In this document: one piece after another, positions 7,707 through 16,593 of the stretch
Layout: every line of letters begins with the position of its first letter
Numbering within the stretch: position 1 is the stretch's first letter
NCBI GenBank assembly: GCA_964615205.1
Contig: CAZTQA010000001.1
Span: forward strand, 64,510 to 128,509
DNA: 64,000 nt
Direction of reading: 5' to 3'
Source: an uncultured Candidatus Saccharibacteria bacterium
Lineage (GTDB): Bacteria; Patescibacteriota; Minisyncoccia; Minisyncoccales; JAGMDC01
Translations under genes and position numbers: made by a program
The notes under the pieces: model-generated
The model's input: the letters and a program-made list of their open reading frames with translations, nothing else
Told to the model about the DNA's origin: nothing
The model's database searches: none

Positions 7707-9386
7707 ATGTTTGAGAATATTTTAGAAAAAGAAAACAGGAAGGTTTTTTTATTAGGAAACGAAGCTGTAGTCAGGGGCGCTCTGGAAGCAGGTGTTCAGT
7801 ATGTTTCCACTTATCCTGGCACTCCAGCTTCAGAAATCGGAAATAATCTTTATCAGATTCAGAATTCTGATAAAAAAATAAAGAATCTTCATTTTGAGTT
7901 TTCAGTCAATGAAAAAGTAGCTATAGAAGGAGCAGCTGGGGCTGCTTTTTCCGGTTTGCGTTCATTGGTGGCAATGAAAAACTTTGGATTAAATGTAGCT
8001 TCTGATTTTCTTCTGCCCTTAGTCTATACCGGCATCAAAGCTGGCATGGTTATTTTAATTGCTGACGATCCAAGCTGCTGGAGTTCTGCCCAGTCGGAGG
8101 AGAATACGCGCGCTTTTGCTTATTTATCCCATATTCCTATTTTAGAGCCTTCTACACCTCAGGAATGCAAGGATTTTGTTAAATTAGGATTTGAATTGTC
8201 TGAGAAATTTGACATTCCCATAATGGTTAGGGAAACAACGCGCGTTTCCCACCAGAGCGCACCTGTAAAATTAGATAAAATAAATATATCGAGAACAGTT
8301 CTCGGCAATGCAAAGTTTATTAAGAACCACAAGAAGTTTGTGACTATGCCTCCACGGGTTTTGGAAATGCACCAGGAATTATTGGAAAAAATAGAGAAAA
8401 TCAGAAATTATTCTGAAAAATCTCCCCTCAATAAAATTGAAGAAGGTTCAACCTCCATCGATTTAGGAATTATAACATCCGGAATTTCTTATTTATATGT
8501 CAAAGAAGCGATAAAGGAATTGAACCTTTCTTTGCCTGTTTTAAAGCTGGGCTTTTTTCATCCTTTGCCAAAGAAGAAGATAAAGAAATTTATCAAAGGA
8601 TTAAAAAAAGTTTTAATTGTTGAGGAATTAGACCCTTATTTAGAAAGAGAGATAACTGTATTAGCTAAACAAGCTAATTGTCAATTGGAAATAGTTGGCA
8701 AAGAATTAATTTCAGAAGTAGGTGAACTCAAGCCAGAAATCGTCATACAGGCAGTTGCTAAAATAAGCAAAATAAACTATAAACTATTAACTATAAACTA
8801 TAAACTGCCTGGAGAAAAACGGCATCCCCAACTTTGTTCTGGCTGTCCTTATTGGCTGATTTTCAGCGGAATTAAGAGGGCAACCAAAGGAAAAGATGTT
8901 ATTTTTGGCGGAGGTATTGGATGCTATATGCTGGCTGGTTTACCGCCTCACAATATTCAAGATTATCTGTATTGTATGGGTGCTTCAGCTGGGATTGCTC
9001 ACGGTATTGCAAAAGCAAGCGGTCCCACCTTTGCTAAGGCTTCGACGGGCAAGCAAAAAGTGATTAGTCTAATGGGGGATTCAACTTTCTTTCATTCAGG
9101 CATTCCGCCTATTATTAATGCTGTTTTTAATAAATCCAATCCTTTAATTATCATCATGAATAATTCCACCACTGCTATGACTGGCCATCAACCGCATCCG
9201 GCTGCAGCTAAAGTGGAAGATAAGATAGATATTGAATCTTTAGTAAGGTCCTGCGGGGTCAAGAATTTAAAAGTTATTGACCCAGTCAAACAAAATGAAC
9301 TTGTGAAAACAATCCAGGAATTTTTAAATAAAAAAGAAGTTTCTGTTATTATTGCCCGTCATCCCTGCAAATTCGTCCAGGAATAA
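7707..9386 (+). CDS. iorA: Indolepyruvate:ferredoxin oxidoreductase, alpha subunit
   Basis: N-terminus ..LLGNEAVVRGALEAGV..STYPGTPASEI, TPP-binding GDSTFFHSGI, CSGCPYW cysteine motif. 559 aa. Confidence 0.85.
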   Translation: MFENILEKENRKVFLLGNEAVVRGALEAGVQYVSTYPGTPASEIGNNLYQIQNSDKKIKNLHFEFSVNEKVAIEGAAGAAFSGLRSLVAMKNFGLNVASDFLLPLVYTGIKAGMVILIADDPSCWSSAQSEENTRAFAYLSHIPILEPSTPQECKDFVKLGFELSEKFDIPIMVRETTRVSHQSAPVKLDKINISRTVLGNAKFIKNHKKFVTMPPRVLEMHQELLEKIEKIRNYSEKSPLNKIEEGSTSIDLGIITSGISYLYVKEAIKELNLSLPVLKLGFFHPLPKKKIKKFIKGLKKVLIVEELDPYLEREITVLAKQANCQLEIVGKELISEVGELKPEIVIQAVAKISKINYKLLTINYKLPGEKRHPQLCSGCPYWLIFSGIKRATKGKDVIFGGGIGCYMLAGLPPHNIQDYLYCMGASAGIAHGIAKASGPTFAKASTGKQKVISLMGDSTFFHSGIPPIINAVFNKSNPLIIIMNNSTTAMTGHQPHPAAAKVEDKIDIESLVRSCGVKNLKVIDPVKQNELVKTIQEFLNKKEVSVIIARHPCKFVQE

Positions 9387-9536
9387 TACGAATTTAATGC
9401 GAATAGATATTAATGCCGCGAATAAGCGGTTTTTTATTTGACTTTTGGTTTAGGTAGCATAAAAAGGAATATAGCTCGTTGACAACTTTGTTGGATGAAA
9501 TGAGCAGAAAGGAGTTAGGAGGTGAAACGAAAAAAA

Positions 9537-10415
9537 ATGGAAAAAGGATTTAGGCAAAGGCTTGCAGAACGACAGAAGAAAGTGAATTCGTTAGTGTGTG
9601 TAGGACTTGATCCGCTTGAGAGCAAAATCCCAGAGTTTATCAAGGGAAGACAACCCTGGAGTAGGATTCTTATCCAGATAAGGGAAATCATTGATGCCAC
9701 TGCTGGATATGCCTGTATGTTTAAGCCCCAGAGCGCACACTACGAAGCAGTTCCTGGAGGCCGACAAGCACTTCAATCAATTGTGGATTATATCCACACC
9801 ACATATCCTGATATTCCGGTGTTTCTTGACTGTAAACGAGGCGACATTGGACGTACTCAACAACAATATGGCATTGCTCATTTCGAAATAGACGGGGTTG
9901 ACGGAATGAATTTCAGTCCTTATATGGGAAGAGATTGCATGGAGTATCTGGTGAACGAGGACCATCCAGAGAGAGCAATTGTGGGGTTGTGCTATACCAG
10001 TAATGAATCTGCCAGGCAGGTTCAGGATGTAAAGCTAGCTGATGGTAGGTGCTACTGGGAGTTTATGGCTGAAACTACCTTGGGTTGGGCAAAGGAGCTT
10101 GGGGTTATTGAGAATGCCGGATTAGTAATGGCCGCAGCTTACGAATGGCCGAAAAAATCAGGCAATATTTTCTATGCGCACCTGTATCGGTGTCGAGAAA
10201 TCGTTGGTGATGAAATGTGGCTTTTGATTCCTGGAATTGGGACGCAAGGAGGCTTTGTTGCCGAAACTGTGAGAGCTGCCTATTCAGGTCCAGGAACAAT
10301 CGTCATAAATTCTTCCTCAGGTATAACTTTTGCCAGCTTGGACAAAGACTTTTCCGAAGTTTCTGGTAAAAAAGCCAAGGATCTCCGAGATCAAATCAAT
10401 GACAGTATTCCATGA
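9537..10415 (+). CDS. pyrF: Orotidine-5'-phosphate decarboxylase, type 2
   Basis: LVCVGLDP, FLDCKRGDIGRTQQ and LIPGIGTQGG motifs. The ORF track starts at GTG 9522. I prefer ATG 9537 by analogy with the next gene (same ggaggtgaaa..aaaaATG upstream). Confidence 0.75.
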   Translation: MEKGFRQRLAERQKKVNSLVCVGLDPLESKIPEFIKGRQPWSRILIQIREIIDATAGYACMFKPQSAHYEAVPGGRQALQSIVDYIHTTYPDIPVFLDCKRGDIGRTQQQYGIAHFEIDGVDGMNFSPYMGRDCMEYLVNEDHPERAIVGLCYTSNESARQVQDVKLADGRCYWEFMAETTLGWAKELGVIENAGLVMAAAYEWPKKSGNIFYAHLYRCREIVGDEMWLLIPGIGTQGGFVAETVRAAYSGPGTIVINSSSGITFASLDKDFSEVSGKKAKDLRDQINDSIP

Positions 10416-10512
10416 GGGAGGGATTTCAGAGATGACATAAATTATTATAATTTTTATACGGGGATTGATTTTTTTTACCCTTGTGCTTTTTTTTGGAGGT
10501 GAAAAGGAAAAA

Positions 10513-11214
10513 ATGAAAATAATTGACGCAGCTATTATAATGGAAGAAGCCATGGGTCTGCCATTAAGAGATCGTACAGTACCAGAGATTTTTGAAATGT
10601 GCGGAGCATGCTGGGTTTATAGCGGAAAACCTGGTGAACCTCATGCTCTTTTGGCGAGCGGCAGGCATAGCGATGCTTATTTCAATGTGAACTTGGTTAC
10701 TGAATTCCCTAATATTCGTAAGGAATTAGCCATGCGTTTAGTGCGCGCGTTAGACAGATTCATCGTTTCTGGCGTTGATGTCGTAGTTTCTTCAACATAC
10801 GCTGCCACAACCATTGGCCAAGCGGTCGCTGATTGCTTAAATGCTATGTTTGTTTTTACAGAAAAGGATGGCCAAGACCAGGTTTGGACAGGAAGATTTG
10901 AAATTCCTTCCGGGGCAAAAGTATTGCAAATAGAAGAACTTATAACTACTCTAGAGACTACTGAGAAAGTAAAGAAAGCGATTTTGGAGGCGGGTCTCGA
11001 TGTAGAGTTCATTAACTCCAAAGGCAAGACAATCGTTGGAACGATCGTTCATAGACCGGCGAAAGTACCCATCGATTACGAAAGTCACAAAGTTGCTTCG
11101 TTGTGGGAAAGAGAAGTCCATAGTTGGACTAAAAGAGGATGCCCGATTTGCCGGAAAGGATCCGAAGCGCTGAAGCCGAAAAAGAATTGGAATAGATTCA
11201 TAGGACGTATATAA
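10513..11214 (+). CDS. Type I phosphoribosyltransferase, orotate-PRTase-like (divergent)
   Basis: LASGRHSDAYFN (compare SSGxxSxxYFD) and a PRPP-loop-like VLQIEELITTLETTEK. Directly follows pyrF. ATG 10513 lies 13 nt after GGAGG. Confidence 0.5.
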   Translation: MKIIDAAIIMEEAMGLPLRDRTVPEIFEMCGACWVYSGKPGEPHALLASGRHSDAYFNVNLVTEFPNIRKELAMRLVRALDRFIVSGVDVVVSSTYAATTIGQAVADCLNAMFVFTEKDGQDQVWTGRFEIPSGAKVLQIEELITTLETTEKVKKAILEAGLDVEFINSKGKTIVGTIVHRPAKVPIDYESHKVASLWEREVHSWTKRGCPICRKGSEALKPKKNWNRFIGRI

Positions 11215-11216
11215 TT

Positions 11217-11258
11217 TCCCTTAGAGAGATTTCTCTTACGGGAATTTTTTTTATTGAT
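11217..11258 (+). terminator. Intrinsic terminator after the pyrF/PRTase pair
   Basis: ttcccttagagaga ttt ctcttacgggaa imperfect hairpin followed by T8. Confidence 0.65.
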
Positions 11259-11290
11259 GATTGGTAAATTTTATGATAAAGTAAAATATT

Positions 11291-11884
11291 ATGAAGGATT
11301 TTAATATTGTTATTGTCGGTACTGGCGGGCAGGGACAGATTACTCTACTTCAGGTTTTAGCTGAGGCTGCTTTAATTGAAAATTGTGACGTTAAGACATC
11401 AGAGCTTCATGGATTAAGCCAGAGAGGCGGTTCAGTAGAAGTCCATATTCGGCTAGGCCAACAAGTTTTTTCTCCTTTAGTCAAACAACAGGGGGCTGAT
11501 TTAATTTTAGCTATGGAAATGCAGGAGGCCTTAAAAGGTTTGTATTTTAGCAACAAAAATACTGTTTTCTTAATTAATAGGTTTTTTGTTCCTATTTTAG
11601 GAATTAAGTTGCTTAAGGAGAATGAAATTCTAAATAATTTAAAAAAAGTGACTAAAAATATAATTATTGTTCCGGCAGCTGATATTTGTGGAAAAGAGTT
11701 AGGCAAAAATGTAGTAGCCGGTATTTATTTATTAGGTTATGCTGCTTATAACAAAATTATTCCTTTAAAACCAAGTTCTATTGTTAAAGCAGTTGAAAAT
11801 ATCATTCCTCAAAAATATTTGGAATTGAATAAAAAAACTTTAGAGCTTTCCGAAAAATATGAAGGACCAAGAAAGAATAAATAA
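11291..11884 (+). CDS. iorB: Indolepyruvate:ferredoxin oxidoreductase, beta subunit
   Basis: NIVIVGTGGQGQITL..ELHGLSQRGGSV is typical of IorB / 2-oxoacid oxidoreductase gamma-type subunits. Confidence 0.8.
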   Translation: MKDFNIVIVGTGGQGQITLLQVLAEAALIENCDVKTSELHGLSQRGGSVEVHIRLGQQVFSPLVKQQGADLILAMEMQEALKGLYFSNKNTVFLINRFFVPILGIKLLKENEILNNLKKVTKNIIIVPAADICGKELGKNVVAGIYLLGYAAYNKIIPLKPSSIVKAVENIIPQKYLELNKKTLELSEKYEGPRKNK

Positions 11885-12872
11885 ATTTCTTAAAGAATTT
11901 GATTCTAAGTTAAGCAAGAAATATCCCCGAAAGATAGATTTTATTTTGCTTTTTGGCAGTGCTGCCAGGGGTGACTGGAAAAAGGGAGTGAGTGATGTAG
12001 ATTTAGTTATTCAAGTTAAGAAACAAGACTATATTAATGAAGTAAAAGAACATACAGACAAAATATTTTGGGAATTAGACAAAAAACACGGAACTCAGCT
12101 AAAAAATGCCTGCTCAACCGGGGATAAGAAAGACATTATTAAAAAAGCTTTGCGCAAGACAGAGCTCTATGTTCCTTATGAAGTTTTTGGACCCAAGGAC
12201 ATTGATTGGAAGAAAGGACGCATTAGAAAGAAAGAATTAATTCTGGGAGCCAAACTGATTGCTTCCCAGGCCATGCTTTTTAAAAAAATGAAGCAGGAAG
12301 GGCAGATTCTTTACGGCAGGGATATCAGAAAAGTGATTCATCCTAAGATAACCAAGTGGGAAAAAGTTAAAGCTATTTTGATTCCTTATCACATTGCTTC
12401 AGCTTCAGTTCTTCTGTCTTTGTTCTTGCCCAAAGTAGCTTTAAAAATAGCTGATAAAGCAGCTATTTATTCTATCAGTTCTACCCTTTTCTTTTTAGAT
12501 AAGCCGGTAGGCAAGGGATTAAAAAGAGACACCCAGAGATTAGAAAAAGAGATAAGAACTGATTTCAAATACAAGCGCAGTGTTTTGGGAATGATGGAAG
12601 TTGATTTTGTTTTAAATTTTGATTACAGAAAATTATTGAATTTCAAATTTGCTTCTGAAGCTATAAGATTAAAAGGCAATTGGGAAGAAGCTGAGAAATT
12701 CAATCGCTGGAAAACCTTGAGATTTTCTTTACGTTCTCTGTTTTTTGTTAATGCTATGAATTGGTATGCCATTTTGCGAAGCGACAGGCATCATCTAATT
12801 TTGAGTTTATTATTTGTTATAAGGACAATTTTATTCTTTTTAATTCTCTGGCTAATCATACATTATTTATGA
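11859..12872 (+). CDS. Nucleotidyltransferase-domain protein with hydrophobic C-terminus
   Basis: Pol-beta-type NTase signature LFGSAARGDW..SDVDLVI. C-terminal TM-like segments. Confidence 0.5.
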   Translation: MKDQERINKFLKEFDSKLSKKYPRKIDFILLFGSAARGDWKKGVSDVDLVIQVKKQDYINEVKEHTDKIFWELDKKHGTQLKNACSTGDKKDIIKKALRKTELYVPYEVFGPKDIDWKKGRIRKKELILGAKLIASQAMLFKKMKQEGQILYGRDIRKVIHPKITKWEKVKAILIPYHIASASVLLSLFLPKVALKIADKAAIYSISSTLFFLDKPVGKGLKRDTQRLEKEIRTDFKYKRSVLGMMEVDFVLNFDYRKLLNFKFASEAIRLKGNWEEAEKFNRWKTLRFSLRSLFFVNAMNWYAILRSDRHHLILSLLFVIRTILFFLILWLIIHYL

Positions 12873-14212
12873 AAATTGACCCTTACATTTTCAGAGCCTA
12901 CGACATCCGTGGAATCTATCCTGTTCAGATAAACGAAGATTTTGCTTATAATCTAGGAAGAGCTTTTGCCAGTTTTAATCCAGGAAAAATTGTTATAGGC
13001 AGAGATTGCCGTATTGGAGGGGAATCATTAGAAAAAGAACTAATTAAGGGATTAGTAGAAAGCGGGGCTGAAGTAATTGATATTGGTATTTTTCCTACTC
13101 CCTCAATTATTTTTACAATTGGCCATTATGGTTTTGATGGTGGGATTTCTATTACTGCCAGTCATAATCCAAAAGAATATCAAGGTTTTCTGCTTTATAA
13201 TAATAAAGCTGTAGGAATTGGTCGGGAAAATGGATTATTAAAAATAAAAGATTTGATTAATAAACAGGATTTTAAAAAAGGTGCGGGCTTTGTTCAAGAA
13301 AAAAATATTTTAGAAGATTACATCAATTTTATATCCTCTAAGATTAATCTGCAAAAAATAAACAAGAAAGTCGTTATTGATTGCGGAAATGGAACTATTT
13401 CCAGTGTAATTTTTAAACTTTTAGAAAAGTTTGGGATAGAATATTATCCTTTATTTTGTGAATTAAATGGAGATTTTCCCAATAGAGATCCAGAACCTAA
13501 GAATGATAATTTAAAGGAACTGCAAAAAAAAGTAATTTCTCAAAAAACAGATGCTGGATTTGCTTATGATGCAGATGGTGATAGAGTAGTGGCTGTAGAT
13601 GAAAAAGGAAATATTCTTAATTCCACCCAATTTTTCGGCATTTTAATAAAAAGTTACTTAGAAGAGAAAAAAGATAAAATTGTACATGATGTTTTAGCTT
13701 CCAGTGCCATAGACGATATAACCAAGTATTATAAAGGATTGTCTATTGGCTGCAGAGTAGGTCATGTTTTTATCCAGAAAAAACTTTTAGAATCTGAAGC
13801 AGCTGTGGCTGGAGAAATTTCAGGTCATTATTTTTTCAGAGAAATTTTCGGCGCAGACGATGCTGCTTTCGCTACCCTAAAGGTATTGGAATATTTAGAA
13901 AATAAAAAATTAAAATTATCAGAAGCTTTTAAAGATATTCCTAACTATCATTATGATTCTGTTAGAATAGGAATTAATGTTGAAAAAAAAGATAAATTTA
14001 AGTTTATTGAAGATTTAAGAAATGAATTCAAGGAAAAGTATAAAATGGATTGTTTAGATGGTCTTAAAATAATATTAAAGGATTCCTGGGCTTTGTTCCG
14101 ACCTTCTAACACAGAATCGAAAATTTCTATTGCCTATGAAGCTAAAACTAAAGAAGAGTTTAAAAAAATAGAAGAGTTTGTTAATAAAATTATAGAAACT
14201 ATTCCTCAATAA
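12869..14212 (+). CDS. Phosphohexomutase (phosphomannomutase / phosphoglucosamine mutase-like)
   Basis: FRAYDIRG, active-site TASHNP, DADGDR metal loop, GEISGH sugar loop. Start moved to ATG 12869 (ATGA overlap with the upstream stop). The track's N-terminal 36 aa overlap the previous gene. Confidence 0.85.
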   Translation: MKIDPYIFRAYDIRGIYPVQINEDFAYNLGRAFASFNPGKIVIGRDCRIGGESLEKELIKGLVESGAEVIDIGIFPTPSIIFTIGHYGFDGGISITASHNPKEYQGFLLYNNKAVGIGRENGLLKIKDLINKQDFKKGAGFVQEKNILEDYINFISSKINLQKINKKVVIDCGNGTISSVIFKLLEKFGIEYYPLFCELNGDFPNRDPEPKNDNLKELQKKVISQKTDAGFAYDADGDRVVAVDEKGNILNSTQFFGILIKSYLEEKKDKIVHDVLASSAIDDITKYYKGLSIGCRVGHVFIQKKLLESEAAVAGEISGHYFFREIFGADDAAFATLKVLEYLENKKLKLSEAFKDIPNYHYDSVRIGINVEKKDKFKFIEDLRNEFKEKYKMDCLDGLKIILKDSWALFRPSNTESKISIAYEAKTKEEFKKIEEFVNKIIETIPQ

Positions 14213-14216
14213 AAAT

Positions 14217-15350
14217 ATGAAAATTTCACAAGCTGTAATTTTGGCTGCGGGAAAAGGAACAAGAATTTATCCGTTGACTTTAACTAAACCTAAACCGCTT
14301 TTGAAAGTATGCGGAAAGACAATCTTAGAGCATGATTTAGAACAAGTTAAGGGACTAGTTAAAGAAGTGATTTTGGTTATAGGATATAGGGGAGAGGAAA
14401 TAAAAAAATTAATAGGTGATAATTATAAAGGTGTAAAGATGAAATATGTCTGGCAAAAAAATCAGCAGGGAACTGGAGATGCAGTTAAAAAATGCCAGCC
14501 CCTTTTAAAAGATAAATTCTTACTTTTATACGGGGATGATTTGTATAGTAAGGAAGATATTCAAAAATGCTTAAGAAAGTTTCCTTGTATTCTATTAAAA
14601 AAAATTGAAGAAGCTAAAGCTTTTGGCCAAGTTATTGTTAAGAAAAATCTAATACAGGAATTAAAAGAAAAACCCAAGAGAATTTTTAGTAATTTAGTCA
14701 ATACGGGAGTTTATTTTTTAGATAAAGAGATTTTAAATTTGAAAATTAAAAAATCAGAAAGAAATGAGTATGAATTCACGGATTATATCAAAGAATTCAT
14801 AAAAAAGGAAAAACTGCATTCTGTTTTGGCTAAGGATTGGATTCCTCTCCCTTACGCTTGGAGTTTGTTGAATGCCAACGAATTTTTATTGAGCAAATCA
14901 AAAATAGAAAAAAGTGCTTTAATTAAAAAAGGAGTTTATATAGAAGGCCCAGTCTATATCGGAAAAAATTGTGTTATTGGTCCCAATTGTTATTTAAGAA
15001 AACATACTAGTATTGGAGATAACTGTCATATTGGCCAGGCAGTGGAAATTAAAAATTCAATTATTGGAGATAGCACTAAAATTAATCATTTAAGCTATAT
15101 AGGAGATTCTATTATTGGAGAGAAATGTAATTTTGGGGCAGGGACGATTACAGCTAATCTAAGACACGATTATGCAACCGTAAAGACAATGGTTAAAGGG
15201 GAGCTTGTTGATACTAAAAGGAAGAAATTAGGAACGATTATAGGCGATAATGTTAAAACTGGAATTGGAACCTTAATTTATCCAGGCAGGAAAATCTGGC
15301 CTAATAAATTTACCAGGCCCGGAGAAATAGTAACCAAGGATATAATATGA
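14217..15350 (+). CDS. Sugar-1-phosphate nucleotidyltransferase with C-terminal left-handed beta-helix (GlmU-like, archaeal type)
   Basis: AVILAAGKGTRIYPLT..PKPLL N-terminal NTP-transferase motif. Hexapeptide repeats (IGDNCHIGQAVEIKNSIIGD..). Confidence 0.75.
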   Translation: MKISQAVILAAGKGTRIYPLTLTKPKPLLKVCGKTILEHDLEQVKGLVKEVILVIGYRGEEIKKLIGDNYKGVKMKYVWQKNQQGTGDAVKKCQPLLKDKFLLLYGDDLYSKEDIQKCLRKFPCILLKKIEEAKAFGQVIVKKNLIQELKEKPKRIFSNLVNTGVYFLDKEILNLKIKKSERNEYEFTDYIKEFIKKEKLHSVLAKDWIPLPYAWSLLNANEFLLSKSKIEKSALIKKGVYIEGPVYIGKNCVIGPNCYLRKHTSIGDNCHIGQAVEIKNSIIGDSTKINHLSYIGDSIIGEKCNFGAGTITANLRHDYATVKTMVKGELVDTKRKKLGTIIGDNVKTGIGTLIYPGRKIWPNKFTRPGEIVTKDII

Positions 15351-16282
15351 AAAATCACATTTATGATTTAATTATTATTGGCGGGGGGCCGGCAGGCATG
15401 GCAGCCGGTATTTACGGAGCCAGAGAAAATTTAGATATGCTTTTGATTACAAAAAGTTTTGGAGGCCAAATAACCAGAAAGTCAGTAGAAATTGAAAATT
15501 ATCCTGGATTTAAAAAGATTAGCGGACAAAAACTTATTCAGAGATTAGAAAGTCATTTTAAACGATACAAAGTACCAGTAGTGATGGAAAAAGTAACTGA
15601 TGTGAAGAAAAAAGGAAATGTTTTTAAGGTTTGTACGGAGAAGAAAAAAGAGTTTCAAACCTTATCTGTTTTGGTAGCTTCTGGAGCTGATCCTAGACCG
15701 TTGGAGGTGCCGGGAGAGAAAGAATTTATTGGCAAAGGAGTGAGTTATTGCGTTACCTGTGACGGACCTTTATATAGAAACAAAAATGTGGCAGTAATCG
15801 GCGGAGGCAATGCCGGTTTTGAAGCAGCTCTTTTTCTAAGTAAGATTGCTGATAAGGTATATATTTTGGAATTTGGTTCAAAGATTAAAGCTGATAAAAT
15901 TAATCAGGATAGAATTAAAAAAACCAATAATGTGGAAGTAATAACTAAAGCAGGATTGAAAGAAATAAAAGGGACTAGATTTGTTGAATCAATTGTTTAT
16001 CAGGAAGTTGATACAAAGAAAGAAAAGGAAGTAAAAGCAGAGGGTGTTTTTGTCCAGATAGGCAGTGTACCGGCTACGGATTTTGTTAAGGATTTAGTGG
16101 ATTTTACAAAAATAGATGAAATAGTTGTTGATTCCAAAACAGGGGAAACTAAATTGGCAGGGCTTTTTGCTGCAGGTGACATTACAAATGAAGAATATAA
16201 GCAGATTGTTATAGCGGTTGGGCAAGGAACCAAAGCGGTCTTGTCTATTTCCCGCTATATTGATAAATTAAAAAATAATTGA
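15347..16282 (+). CDS. trxB: Thioredoxin reductase
   Basis: DLIIIGGGPAGMAAG FAD motif, redox-active CVTCDG, GGGNAG NADPH motif, FAAGD. Confidence 0.9.
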   Translation: MKNHIYDLIIIGGGPAGMAAGIYGARENLDMLLITKSFGGQITRKSVEIENYPGFKKISGQKLIQRLESHFKRYKVPVVMEKVTDVKKKGNVFKVCTEKKKEFQTLSVLVASGADPRPLEVPGEKEFIGKGVSYCVTCDGPLYRNKNVAVIGGGNAGFEAALFLSKIADKVYILEFGSKIKADKINQDRIKKTNNVEVITKAGLKEIKGTRFVESIVYQEVDTKKEKEVKAEGVFVQIGSVPATDFVKDLVDFTKIDEIVVDSKTGETKLAGLFAAGDITNEEYKQIVIAVGQGTKAVLSISRYIDKLKNN

Positions 16283-16317
16283 AAGGTCGTTTAAGATAAT
16301 CTTAGAGTTATAAAAAT

Positions 16318-16584
16318 ATGAAGGTTCTAAAAATAGGGAGAAAGGAGTGTGAGGATTGCAAGATTATGGGTCCTCGCTGGCAAGAGATTGAAGAAGAGAA
16401 TCCTTGGTTGGAAACAGAATATATTAAAGCAGATGAGAAACCAGAAATAATTGAAGAGTACCATATTACAGCTGTTCCCACTTTTATTTTTCTTAACAGA
16501 GAAGGAAAAGAAATTAGAAGATTTATTAATATAGTAGAAAAAGAGATTTTAGTTGAAGTTATTTTAGAAGACAGAGATAAATAA
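16318..16584 (+). CDS. Small thioredoxin-fold protein
   Basis: CEDC (CxxC) and the cis-Pro motif AVPTFIF. 88 aa. Confidence 0.6.
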   Translation: MKVLKIGRKECEDCKIMGPRWQEIEEENPWLETEYIKADEKPEIIEEYHITAVPTFIFLNREGKEIRRFINIVEKEILVEVILEDRDK

Positions 16585-16593
16585 ATTTAAAAT

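Noticed and set aside
8780-8816. Apparent tandem repeat ataaactataaact..actataaactataaact in iorA (encodes INYKLLTINYKL).
   Set aside because: It is a short AT-rich in-frame duplication in a variable linker of IorA. I cannot distinguish it from ordinary low-complexity drift, so it is not reported as a finding.
12761-12868. N-terminal extensions proposed by the ORF track. Cases: 12761 for the phosphohexomutase, 38941 for ComEC-like, 53034 for the large exoprotein, 56237 for the M50 protease, 57059 for S12, 60251 for the Phd-like gene, 60619 for EF-Tu, 62201 for L3, 32897 for ParA, 36411 for RelA/SpoT, 56379 for L28.
   Set aside because: The extensions overlap upstream genes, promoters or terminators, and the conserved family N-termini begin at internal ATGs. 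The internal starts were used instead.
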